From NCBI GenBank assembly GCA_964534465.1, contig CAZHOB010000003.1:14843-78842 (forward strand): a stretch of 64,000 bases of DNA, in the 5' to 3' direction. How positions within the stretch are numbered: position 1 is the first letter of the stretch; each line of letters opens with the position of its first letter. The notes beneath the pieces were generated by a model that was given only the letters and a program-made list of their open reading frames with translations, had not been told where the DNA came from and made no database searches. Origin of the DNA: an uncultured Candidatus Saccharibacteria bacterium (GTDB lineage: Bacteria; Patescibacteriota; Minisyncoccia; Phycocordibacterales; UBA2100). The position numbers and the translations under genes were made by a program. Below are positions 18,706 to 27,289 of the stretch, piece by piece.

Positions 18706-19182
18706 ATGAGTATGACGGGCGACGTAGAGCGAGAGAACTGCAAAGGCTCTGCTTCTGCAGTTCCGAGCCGAGGAGCCCGAAACCAACGGAGCTTGTTTAC
18801 GGAGCATGGCATACGGCTGTTTCATGACCCCGAAACACCCCGGGAACTCACAAACAGAGTTCTCGCTCGTATCGCACATGCACGCCTGCGCGCCGCGAGG
18901 CTTCGCCTCGCGGCGCTCGGCGCCGTCATGGCACTCTCGGCACCCACGCTCTGGATATCCCTGCAGTACGCTATGCATGAACTCTACATTTCCGGATTTT
19001 ATGATTACCTCTCACTCGCCTTATCGGCTCCCGCGTATTGGCAGGATCTCTCCCTCTCGCTTGTCGAATCGCTTCCCTCCCTCGCGATCCTCGCGTTCGT
19101 TGCCGCTGCGCTCGCTTTTTGCTGGTCGCTGTGGCGCTCATTCCGACACCTTCGTGTAGTTATTAATCCGCGATTCGCTTGA
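18706..19182 (+). CDS. Putative anti-sigma factor / membrane protein
   Basis: Immediately downstream of ECF sigma. Contains two hydrophobic helices (ALGAVMALSAPTLWISL, LAILAFVAAALAFCWSLW). No recognisable catalytic motif. Assignment by position only. Confidence 0.35.
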   Translation: MSMTGDVERENCKGSASAVPSRGARNQRSLFTEHGIRLFHDPETPRELTNRVLARIAHARLRAARLRLAALGAVMALSAPTLWISLQYAMHELYISGFYDYLSLALSAPAYWQDLSLSLVESLPSLAILAFVAAALAFCWSLWRSFRHLRVVINPRFA

Positions 19183-19189
19183 CTACCGT

Positions 19190-19642
19190 ATGGAAAAAAT
19201 TGAACACTTTATCCAGTCGCATCGCGGCCGCAAGATAATTCTCGGCGTCGGCATCGCGCTCATCGCCATCCTCATCTTCCACGCGGGTGTCGTCGTGGGT
19301 ATGCATCGCCATGCACGCGGCGAATTCGGCGTCAGCCGCGGACCCGGAGGCTTTTTCATCGCGCGAATGCCACACGGATTTATAGAGGACGGGCACGGCG
19401 CTGTGGGCGTCATTAATTCAGTCACTAAGACATCTTTCAAATTGCAGGGTCGCGATGGTTCTGTCCAGACAGTTCTCATATCGGATACGACGGTCGTCCG
19501 TTCATTCGACGGAGATGCGAGCACGAGCGCGCTCAAAAAAGGCGCTCGTGTAATAGTGCTCGGCGCGCCGGATTATAATGGTGATATCTCTGCGCACCTT
19601 GTTCAGATCGTGCCGGATTCCATGCCATTTCCGCAACAATAA
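19190..19642 (+). CDS. Small membrane-anchored protein, paralog 1 (beta-rich domain of unknown function)
   Basis: N-terminal TM (KIILGVGIALIAILIF). C-terminal region (TSFKLQGRDGSVQTVLISDTTVV..KKGARVIVLG..NGDISAHLVQIVP) aligns with 23504-23953 (TSITVQL..IVLYNTTTEIG..KVGENVVVNGS..DGSITAQMIQIRP). Confidence 0.5.
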   Translation: MEKIEHFIQSHRGRKIILGVGIALIAILIFHAGVVVGMHRHARGEFGVSRGPGGFFIARMPHGFIEDGHGAVGVINSVTKTSFKLQGRDGSVQTVLISDTTVVRSFDGDASTSALKKGARVIVLGAPDYNGDISAHLVQIVPDSMPFPQQ

Positions 19643-19647
19643 ATATC

Positions 19648-21441
19648 ATGCCTATTTTTCGTACCATTGCCCGGTATATCGGCGCGCACAAAGTGCTTAG
19701 TGTGATCCTGGCCATAGCAATAATCGGCGGCGGATATTGGGAGTACAAGCGTCTGACGAATACCTCCGGCGAAACGCACTACGTACTGACCACTGTCTCG
19801 CGCGGTACCATCATCGCCACGGTCTCCGGCAGTGGACAGGTGTCCTCCGAGAATCGCGTCGACATCCATCCCAAAGCTTCCGGTGACCTGATTTCAATAG
19901 TGGTAAAAGATGGCTCTACGGTGGAAGCAGGACAAGCGCTCGGCTATCTCGATGCCAAAGACGCGCAAAAGGCTGTTCGCGACGCGCAGGCGAGCCTCGA
20001 AAGCGCGCAGATATCGCTGCAAAAGTTGCAACAACCAGCCGACCGGCTCACGCTCACGCAAGCGCAAAACGCCTCCGACAACGCCAAGATCGATCTCGAT
20101 AACGCCTACGAAACGGCGTTCAATGATATTTCCAACACATTTTTGGATCTTCCGACCGTCATGACAGGACTCAATTCCGTGCTCTTTTCATACGACCGCA
20201 CGCTCGGCGGTTCCAATCAGCAGAATATTGATTTTTATCAAAATGCCATCGCCCAATATGCGACCCTCGCGCTGGCGCAGCAGTATCGCGATGATGCCAA
20301 CACCAAGTACTTGGCAGCGAAAGCGGCGTACGACAAGGCGTTTGCCACGTACAAGACGACGAGCCGCACGGCGAGCACCGATTCGATAGAGTCGCTGCTC
20401 AAGAGCACGTACGAAATGACGCAGCAGATATCCGACGCAGTAAAAGATACGACCAACCTCATTCAGCTCTACCAAGACACGCTGACGCAGCACACTCTGA
20501 CGCCGGCAAATACTTCTACGACGCAACTGACCTCTCTCAACGGCTACACTTCAACGGTCAATTCGAGCCTGACCTCGCTCTCCTCATCGGTCAGCGCCAT
20601 TGCGACGGATAAACAAAAGGTCACTGAATCGGCGCAGTCGCTTGATAAAACCATCTCCGGTGCAGATGCACTCGACGTGCAATCTTCGCAGCTCTCCGTG
20701 ACGCAGCGACAAAACGCGCTGCAGGATGCCAAGGATGCTCTCGCAGATTACACGGTGCGCGCGCCCTTCGCAGGCATCATCGGCAATATAACCGCACACA
20801 AGGGCGATTCAGTTTCGGGCGGCACGACCATCGCCACTATTGTGGGCACACAACAAATAGCGCAGCTCTCGCTCAATGAAGTCGACGCCGCGAAAGTGAA
20901 GGTCGGCCAAAAAGCGACGCTTACGTTCGACGCGATAGAAGACCTCTCTATCGCCGGCACTGTCGCGGATATCAATCCTATCGGCGCGGTATCGCAGGGC
21001 GTCGTCAGCTACACGATCAAGATCGCTTTTGCCGCGAACGATCCGCGCGTCAAACCGGGCATGACCGTGAACGCGACGATACAGACTGATGTAAAGCAAG
21101 ACGTTCTGATGGTGCCCACGAGCGCGGTCAAGACGATGAACAACGCAAGCACGGTGCAGGTCTTTGATCCGCCTTTGCCGGATGCTGCCGTAACGGCTGC
21201 GGGCGCACAGGGCGTCGTTTGGAAGAGTGCGCCGTCGCCCATGAATGTCCAAACCGGTATTTCCGATGACACAAATGTGGAAATAATTTCGGGATTGTCC
21301 GAAGGTCAGCAAGTCGTCGCGCGTACGATATCAGGGACAGCGAGTGCTGCAGCAGCGAAGACGACTACCACGCGCACGACCGGCGGCGCACGCGGACCGG
21401 GGGCGGAGGGCGGAGGAGTCTTCTTCGGCCGCGGAGGATAA
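19648..21441 (+). CDS. HlyD/MacA-family periplasmic adaptor (membrane fusion protein), extended form
   Basis: N-terminal TM. Biotinyl-lipoyl-like segment (RGTIIATVSGSGQVSSENRVDIHPKASGDLISIVVKDGSTVEAGQALGYLD). Long Q/A/T/S-rich coiled coil. Second lipoyl half (DYTVRAPFAGIIGNITAHKGDSV) and beta-barrel. Gly/Ala-rich C-terminal tail. 597 aa, longer than typical MacA. Confidence 0.75.
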   Translation: MPIFRTIARYIGAHKVLSVILAIAIIGGGYWEYKRLTNTSGETHYVLTTVSRGTIIATVSGSGQVSSENRVDIHPKASGDLISIVVKDGSTVEAGQALGYLDAKDAQKAVRDAQASLESAQISLQKLQQPADRLTLTQAQNASDNAKIDLDNAYETAFNDISNTFLDLPTVMTGLNSVLFSYDRTLGGSNQQNIDFYQNAIAQYATLALAQQYRDDANTKYLAAKAAYDKAFATYKTTSRTASTDSIESLLKSTYEMTQQISDAVKDTTNLIQLYQDTLTQHTLTPANTSTTQLTSLNGYTSTVNSSLTSLSSSVSAIATDKQKVTESAQSLDKTISGADALDVQSSQLSVTQRQNALQDAKDALADYTVRAPFAGIIGNITAHKGDSVSGGTTIATIVGTQQIAQLSLNEVDAAKVKVGQKATLTFDAIEDLSIAGTVADINPIGAVSQGVVSYTIKIAFAANDPRVKPGMTVNATIQTDVKQDVLMVPTSAVKTMNNASTVQVFDPPLPDAAVTAAGAQGVVWKSAPSPMNVQTGISDDTNVEIISGLSEGQQVVARTISGTASAAAAKTTTTRTTGGARGPGAEGGGVFFGRGG

Positions 21442-21462
21442 TTCTGGGAGTGGCGCGCGCAT

Positions 21463-22179
21463 ATGATAGAAGTCAAAGACATCACCAAAACATACGGGTC
21501 GGGCGAAACGGCCTTCCAGGCGCTCGCAGGCGTGTCATTCACGATAGAAGACGGCGAGTTCGTCGCCATCATGGGACCAAGCGGCTCCGGCAAATCTACG
21601 CTCATGCATATCCTCGGCTGCCTCGATACGCCTACATCGGGCACGTATCATCTCGACGGAAAAGATATTTCAACGCTCGATGACGATGCGCTGGCGGAGA
21701 TCCGCAAAGACAAGGTGGGATTTGTTTTTCAGGCGTTCAATCTCCTGCCGCGCGCCACGGTACTGCGCAATGTGATGCTGCCACTCGTGTATGCGGGCGT
21801 CAGTGAAGATGAGCGGGTGCGACGCGCGACGAGCGCGCTCCACGCTGCCGGTCTGACCGAGACTCACTTTTTTCACAAGTCGAATCAGATATCCGGAGGA
21901 CAGATCCAGCGCGTAGCGATAGCTCGTGCTCTCGTGAATAATCCGTCACTCATCTTGGCCGACGAACCGACGGGCAACCTCGACACCAAGACGGGCGAGA
22001 TCGTGCTCGGAACATTCCAAAAACTCAACAAGGAGAGCGGCCGCACCATCGTGCTCATCACGCATGAGAAAGATGTGGCCGAGCACGCCGCGCGCATCAT
22101 CACGATCCGCGACGGACTCATTACAGCTGATTCAAAAGCCCACACCCGCCGCCACGCGCACCATGAAGCACAACATTAG
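21463..22179 (+). CDS. ABC transporter ATP-binding protein (MacB/LolD-type)
   Basis: Walker A GPSGSGKST. Signature LSGGQIQRVAIARAL. Walker B ILADEPTGNLD. Confidence 0.9.
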   Translation: MIEVKDITKTYGSGETAFQALAGVSFTIEDGEFVAIMGPSGSGKSTLMHILGCLDTPTSGTYHLDGKDISTLDDDALAEIRKDKVGFVFQAFNLLPRATVLRNVMLPLVYAGVSEDERVRRATSALHAAGLTETHFFHKSNQISGGQIQRVAIARALVNNPSLILADEPTGNLDTKTGEIVLGTFQKLNKESGRTIVLITHEKDVAEHAARIITIRDGLITADSKAHTRRHAHHEAQH

Positions 22180-22230
22180 ACCACATTTAATAGTTGTGAA
22201 AGCTAAGCTTGCACAACAAGAATACAAAAT

Positions 22231-23457
22231 ATGAGAACTGTCGATATTTTACGGGAAACATATACGTCGCTATCGGCCAACAAGACGCGGTCGAGTTTGA
22301 CCATCCTCGGCATCGTCATCGGCATCGCGTCGGTCATCGCGATGGTATCCATCGGCACGGGGGCATCCAACACCATTTCATCGAGCATAGAATCCCTCGG
22401 CTCGAATCTCATCATGGTCATGCCGGGGCAATCGCGCGGTGGGCCGGGCTTTGGCGCATTCGGCGGTCGTGGCGGTGCAAAGACGCTCACGCAGGCCGAC
22501 GAAGAAGCTATCGTGCAGCAAGTCGCAAATATCGCCGCCATCGATCCCGAAGTGAACGGCCGCTACCAGATCACCGCAAAAGGGACGAATACCAATACGA
22601 GCGTCACCGGCGTAACGAGCGCGTATACGCGTGTACGCAATATGGATATAGACGAAGGTTCGTTCATCACCGATCAGCACACCGCTTCCGCCGCCAAGGT
22701 AGCGGTGCTCGGGCCGACGACGCGTGACGACCTTTTTGGCGTCGGCGCGGAAGCCGTAGGCCAGAGCATCCGCATCAACGGTCTCGAATTCAAAGTTATC
22801 GGGATCACGAAATCCAAAGGTGGCACCGGTTTTGGCAATCAGGACGACGTCATCTTTATCCCCGTCACCAGCGCGCAGCGCTACATGTCGGGCGATCAGT
22901 ATCTCTCCACCATCGCCATACAGGCGCAAAACACCGGCGAAATGACGCAAGTACAATCCGACATTACGACGCTTCTCCTCACACGCCACAAGATATCCGA
23001 TCCGACGCAAGCAGACTTCACTGTGCTCAATCAAAACGACATCCTCGCGACAGCGTCCGGAGTCACGGCCACGCTTACCTATCTGCTCGCGGCTATCGGC
23101 GGTATTTCGCTTCTCGTCGGCGGGATAGGCATTATGAACATGATGCTGACGACCGTGACCGAACGCACCAAAGAGATCGGGCTGCGCAAAGCGATAGGCG
23201 CAAAAAATAAAGACATAAGCACGCAATTCCTCGCCGAAGCGATAGCGTTCACACTTATCGGCGGCGTCATTGGCATCGCGCTCGGCTGGCTTATTTCATA
23301 CGGCATCAATCTGACAGGCACGGTGAAAACGAGCGTCTCGCTCTCATCAGTGCTCCTCGCATTCGGCGTTTCCGCTGCTACCGGCATCATCTTCGGCTAC
23401 TACCCCGCGCGCAAGGCCTCCCAAATGAATCCCATCGAAGCACTTCGTTATGAGTGA
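22231..23457 (+). CDS. ABC transporter permease, FtsX/MacB family
   Basis: N-terminal TM. Large periplasmic MacB_PCD-like domain. C-terminal FtsX 3-TM bundle (..LLVGGIGIMNMMLTTVTERTKEIGLRKAIGA..). Confidence 0.85.
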   Translation: MRTVDILRETYTSLSANKTRSSLTILGIVIGIASVIAMVSIGTGASNTISSSIESLGSNLIMVMPGQSRGGPGFGAFGGRGGAKTLTQADEEAIVQQVANIAAIDPEVNGRYQITAKGTNTNTSVTGVTSAYTRVRNMDIDEGSFITDQHTASAAKVAVLGPTTRDDLFGVGAEAVGQSIRINGLEFKVIGITKSKGGTGFGNQDDVIFIPVTSAQRYMSGDQYLSTIAIQAQNTGEMTQVQSDITTLLLTRHKISDPTQADFTVLNQNDILATASGVTATLTYLLAAIGGISLLVGGIGIMNMMLTTVTERTKEIGLRKAIGAKNKDISTQFLAEAIAFTLIGGVIGIALGWLISYGINLTGTVKTSVSLSSVLLAFGVSAATGIIFGYYPARKASQMNPIEALRYE

Positions 23458-23503
23458 GCGATGGGATGGGGTGGTTGGGGCTTACTAGATAGTTGAATAG
23501 AAT

Positions 23504-23953
23504 ATGGACAGTAAATTTATCGGTGCGCTTATCGTGGTCGCGCTCGTTGCGGGAGGCGGAGGTTATTTTGCGGGGACAAAAAACGCCGGCGCGCAGAGCG
23601 GCCCGCAATCGGGTCAGCGAATTTTTACGAGAAACGGCGGCGGAGGTCGCTTCGGCGGCGCAGGTGCGGCATTCGGCACGATAGTGGCCAAAGATGCGAC
23701 ATCCATAACTGTGCAGCTCATGGGCGGTCCAAATGCTTCTTCAACGAACGGAAGCGCGACCGGCTCCAAGATCGTGCTCTACAATACGACCACGGAGATC
23801 GGGAAAACAGTGACCGGCGCGGACACTGATCTCAAAGTCGGAGAAAATGTCGTCGTCAATGGTTCGGCAAATAGCGACGGCTCAATCACGGCACAAATGA
23901 TACAGATCCGTCCTGCCGGAATGAACCAGCCCTTCGGCCGCAGACAGCAGTAA
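23504..23953 (+). CDS. Small membrane-anchored protein, paralog 2 of 19190-19642
   Basis: N-terminal TM (FIGALIVVALVAGGGG). Gly-rich linker. Domain homologous to 19190-19642. Confidence 0.5.
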   Translation: MDSKFIGALIVVALVAGGGGYFAGTKNAGAQSGPQSGQRIFTRNGGGGRFGGAGAAFGTIVAKDATSITVQLMGGPNASSTNGSATGSKIVLYNTTTEIGKTVTGADTDLKVGENVVVNGSANSDGSITAQMIQIRPAGMNQPFGRRQQ

Positions 23954-23994
23954 AAAGTGATGCCGCGGCGTATTGCTCGCCGCGGCATAGAAAG

Positions 23995-24321
23995 CTAGTC
24001 AAAAGAAAGTTCTGCCGGAAAGTGCTTGACCTGGCGACCATGCTCCTCGTGCGGCCAATCAATGAAGACTGCGGACAGTGAGTCATGTACTGACAACCTC
24101 AGAAAATCGTATGTTTCAGTTGCCGTTGGTCCATCGAGGTAGATGTCCGTAAACATCACCGAGTGATCTATCCGCCGGACCTTGCCCACGATAATAGTCG
24201 GGGACTCGATGATGCCCCCACCATCAGGGATCGTGATCGTAACTACGCGACCGATCAGCTCCTTCGATGGCGGCAATTTTACTTTTGCCAATTCCGCGTC
24301 CAGCGCTTCCCGAGAACCCAT
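23995..24321 (-). CDS. Hypothetical protein (108 aa)
   Basis: RBS ACGGAGGAACGC before ATG. Confidence 0.45.
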   Translation of the reverse strand: MGSREALDAELAKVKLPPSKELIGRVVTITIPDGGGIIESPTIIVGKVRRIDHSVMFTDIYLDGPTATETYDFLRLSVHDSLSAVFIDWPHEEHGRQVKHFPAELSFD

Positions 24322-24378
24322 GGCGTTCCTCCGTTTGTTGCCGGAACGTACAATACAACATTATTGCTTGGGTCGCAA

Positions 24379-24443
24379 GAGCGGAAACAATTGCGTCTCG
24401 TGCGCAGGTTTGTTCTCAAGGAAGGCGAAGGCGTTCGGAGACG
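24379..24443. repeat. Diverged duplicate of the lysS 3' terminus (remnant copy)
   Basis: 65 nt about 95% identical to 24701-24766. On the minus strand still encodes FAFLENKPAHETQLFPLLRPKQ + stop versus lysS C-terminus FAFLENKPAHETQLFPLLRPRN + stop. Confidence 0.7.
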
Positions 24444-24491
24444 TATAAAAATAGCCGCGGCATTTCTGCCGCGGCTCGGATCGATCTGCTA

Positions 24492-24641
24492 TTAACACGG
24501 GCAGCGAGGGCCCGGGAGGTCACCGGGAGCATGAGGTGCCGGGTGTTCCGGAATGACATAGGGACCCGAAACGATCATGGCCCCGAGAAAGGCAACCGCA
24601 AAAAACCAAACAATGACTCGTGCGACGGTAACCTTATTCAC
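24492..24641 (-). CDS. Small membrane peptide (49 aa) located between the lysS 3'-end repeats
   Basis: GTG start preceded by strong RBS GGAGGAAATCGC. Hydrophobic helix VARVIVWFFAVAFLGAMIV then Pro-rich tail ending PRCPC. Confidence 0.35.
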   Translation of the reverse strand: MNKVTVARVIVWFFAVAFLGAMIVSGPYVIPEHPAPHAPGDLPGPRCPC

Positions 24642-24681
24642 GCGATTTCCTCCGAAGTTTTGAGTCTTTCGCAATTATACC

Positions 24682-26124
24682 TTAATTTCGAGGACGTAAA
24701 AGCGGAAACAATTGCGTCTCGTGCGCAGGTTTGTTCTCAAGGAAAGCGAAGAGGCGTTCGGAGACGCCGAAGCCAAAGGCTGGCGGCATGCCGTACTCCA
24801 TCGCGCGAATGTAGTTTTCGTCGAGCCTCTGGGCTTCGTCGTCGCCGGCGTCGCGCAGGCGCTGCTGCTCTTCGAATCGCGCACGCTGGTCGAGCGGGTC
24901 ATTGAGCTCGCTAAAGCCCTTTCCCATTTCGCTACCGGCGATGATGACCTGCAGGCGCTCCACCGTCTCGGGCTTTTGCACGAAGCGCTTAGCGAGCGGC
25001 TCGAGAAATACCGGAATGCCGACCAAGAACGCGGGGCCGGCGATGGTTTTGCGCACGGATTTCCAAAGGTGGTCGACGGCGCGGGCTTTGTTGAGTTTTT
25101 CCCCTACCTGAATCTGCGCGTCGCGCACGGCCTGAATAGCTTCGTCTTCGGAGCAGGCGATCGGGTCGATACCGAACTTCTCTTGGATTATTTTGCAAAA
25201 ATCGATAACTCCCCACTCTTCGGCAAGGTCCACCGTGTGCCCATTGATCTCAAAGGTGTATTTGCCGTAAACTTCTTTGGCGAGATGACGATACAGGTCT
25301 TTGACGAAGTCGCCGCCTTTTTTGAGGTCGCTAAAAGCTTCGTAACTCTCGAGCTGTGTGTAATCCTGCAAATGCTCGCGCGACTGGCCTTCGTTGCGAA
25401 AAATGCGCCCTATTTCAAATACCTTTGGATAGCCGGCGACAAGAAGCTCCTTTTGCCACAACTCGCCGGCGGAAATGCGTAGATACACATCAATATCGAG
25501 CGCATGGTGATGTGTTACAAAGGGTCGCGCGTCGGCTCCGCCGGGTGATGATTCGAGCACCGGCGTTTCCACTTCCAGAAATCCACGCGAAAGATAGAAT
25601 TCGCGCGCCGCCTGCCAAAATTTGGCGCGACGCTCGAACATCGCCCGCGTATCAGCGTTGAGGAGTATTTCGAGATATCGCTCGCGCAATCGCAGTTCTT
25701 CGTCTTTGACCCCGAAGTGTTCAGATGGAATGGGCAAAAGCGACTTGGCGAGCATTTTCCATTCCTTCACCTTCAGCGATTCCTTTCCGCGTTGCGTTTT
25801 GAACGCGGCACCTGTGACCTCGATAAAATCACCGATATCTACCGCTTGGGAAAAAAGGTCGAACGCAGATGCGCTCATCTCAGACTGCTGCAAAACCACT
25901 TGACCACGGGCTCCATCGAAGAGGTCGGCGAACATTATTCCGCCTTGGCCACGTAATGACATCACGCGCCCCGCCAGGACGCCATTTTTACCCTCCCCAA
26001 AATCTGCAAAAAAATCCGCGATTGAAGTGTCTCGTTCCGTGCTCGCGGGATACGCATCCATTCCCGCAGCCTTCAAAAGGTCGAGTTTCTTCAGTCTTTC
26101 CGAGCGAATATCCGCCTCCGACAT
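24682..26124 (-). CDS. lysS: Lysine--tRNA ligase (class II)
   Basis: N-terminal OB anticodon-binding domain. Class II motifs (..FLEVETPVL.., ..GIPVFLEPLAKRFVQKPETVERLQVIIAGSEMGKGFSELNDPLDQ..). Confidence 0.9.
   Translation of the reverse strand: MSEADIRSERLKKLDLLKAAGMDAYPASTERDTSIADFFADFGEGKNGVLAGRVMSLRGQGGIMFADLFDGARGQVVLQQSEMSASAFDLFSQAVDIGDFIEVTGAAFKTQRGKESLKVKEWKMLAKSLLPIPSEHFGVKDEELRLRERYLEILLNADTRAMFERRAKFWQAAREFYLSRGFLEVETPVLESSPGGADARPFVTHHHALDIDVYLRISAGELWQKELLVAGYPKVFEIGRIFRNEGQSREHLQDYTQLESYEAFSDLKKGGDFVKDLYRHLAKEVYGKYTFEINGHTVDLAEEWGVIDFCKIIQEKFGIDPIACSEDEAIQAVRDAQIQVGEKLNKARAVDHLWKSVRKTIAGPAFLVGIPVFLEPLAKRFVQKPETVERLQVIIAGSEMGKGFSELNDPLDQRARFEEQQRLRDAGDDEAQRLDENYIRAMEYGMPPAFGFGVSERLFAFLENKPAHETQLFPLLRPRN
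24701..24766. repeat. lysS 3'-terminal coding segment (functional copy of the direct repeat)
   Basis: Partner of 24379-24443. Lies inside the lysS CDS just before its stop codon. Confidence 0.7.
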
Positions 26125-26170
26125 GTGCTCTACTATACCACCACGTCAAACCGTTTGGTGAGGTGGTATA

Positions 26171-26383
26171 TCACTCCTGCGCATCCACTGCAGCGGCGAC
26201 TTGTTCCACGACGAAATACGAAGGATGAACGGCGAGGTACGAAACGCGGCCGATGAAACACCACACAAGAACCACGAGCGCGAGAATGAACATGCGCGTC
26301 CGTGCGTTGGAGCGCATGGTATTGACCCAAAAACTGCGGGCATGGTCGACCCCGACTATAGGTTTCGGAACTTCATCCGACAT
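26171..26383 (-). CDS. Small hypothetical membrane protein (70 aa)
   Basis: Single TM helix (MFILALVVLVWCFIGRVSYLAV). Weak RBS. Upstream of lysS on same strand. Confidence 0.3.
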   Translation of the reverse strand: MSDEVPKPIVGVDHARSFWVNTMRSNARTRMFILALVVLVWCFIGRVSYLAVHPSYFVVEQVAAAVDAQE

Positions 26384-26439
26384 TCATCTAAGACTATCAA
26401 TTTTAGGACTCCCTTTGAAGACTTGACAAGTAATTTGTG

Positions 26440-26653
26440 TATGCTACCGTACTTTACAGTTGCGGATGGGTCCACGCGGTGGTCCGTACCAATCCCCTCT
26501 GTCGTGGCGAAGTGGCGAGACTCCGGCGTCGTCGACCGCGCGGAGAACCATTTTGCCGCTCCTTAAATGGAGAACGGCTTAGCGCAAAAAACGGACAAGG
26601 GTTTTATGACCCGAGACCCCTGCAGAAGAACTCTGCGGGGGTTTTTACTTTTC
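26440..26653 (+). ncRNA. Candidate small RNA or small-ORF transcript ending at an orphan + strand terminator
   Basis: + strand intrinsic terminator cccctgcagaagaactctgcgggg + gtttttactttt (26617-26653) with no + strand gene upstream. TTGACA at 26423. Immediately followed by an opposite-strand terminator (gaggcgctaccactcggtagcgcctc, 26664-26689) for the exonuclease gene. Confidence 0.3.
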
Positions 26654-26698
26654 CATATTATTGAAAGAGGCGCTACCACTCGGTAGCGCCTCAAATAA

Positions 26699-27241
26699 TT
26701 AGCTCATCAGATGTTCCCACACGAGCGCCGCAGCATGAGCGTCGAAGAGCGGGTTGTGAAAACGGCGCGGCCCCGAGCAATCTGGCTCGAGATCGTGCTC
26801 CCCCATATATTTCTCGATATGGTGGATGTCGTCCCAACCTCGCGCCCGCATGAGCGTGCAGACTTCGTGGAGCGGCGAGGGTGGCAAATTCCAACGCTCT
26901 TCGTACTTTCTCAAGATGAGCCTGTTGAAGAGTGCGGCTTCGCCGCCTTGATTTCCGAAATACGCGATGCAATCGCGTCCCTGCCGATTCCGCACCCAAA
27001 AATCCCAGAAATCTTCCTCGAGCTCGAAGACCGTGTCGTGCGTGAGCGGCATATTTTCTACGACGTGCACTATGTTCTGATTGACCCAGTCCGACACGAG
27101 CGCCGGCGTATGGGTCCGCCCTTGGAATTCCTTGATGGTCTTCCCTCCATCGCGCACGACGGCGGCGATGGCAAACGGTATGTGGCCGTGAAGGCGATCG
27201 GTCTCGACATCAACGCTGACTATCCCGCGCACGAGCGGCAT
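26699..27241 (-). CDS. 3'-5' exonuclease, DEDDh (DnaQ-like) family
   Basis: Exo I motif SVDVETD. Exo III H-x4-D (FHNPLFDAHAAAL). About 180 aa stand-alone. Confidence 0.55.
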   Translation of the reverse strand: MPLVRGIVSVDVETDRLHGHIPFAIAAVVRDGGKTIKEFQGRTHTPALVSDWVNQNIVHVVENMPLTHDTVFELEEDFWDFWVRNRQGRDCIAYFGNQGGEAALFNRLILRKYEERWNLPPSPLHEVCTLMRARGWDDIHHIEKYMGEHDLEPDCSGPRRFHNPLFDAHAAALVWEHLMS

Positions 27242-27289
27242 GTGTGCCTCCTATGGCTGCCGAGATAATGCCCTGAGGAAACGCACCTG

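Noticed and set aside
22378-23226. 282-aa minus-strand ORF
   Set aside because: Antisense to the FtsX/MacB permease gene.
24267-24905. 212-aa + strand ORF spanning the lysS 3' repeat region
   Set aside because: R-rich artefact antisense to lysS and to the small peptide gene. It spans both repeat copies.
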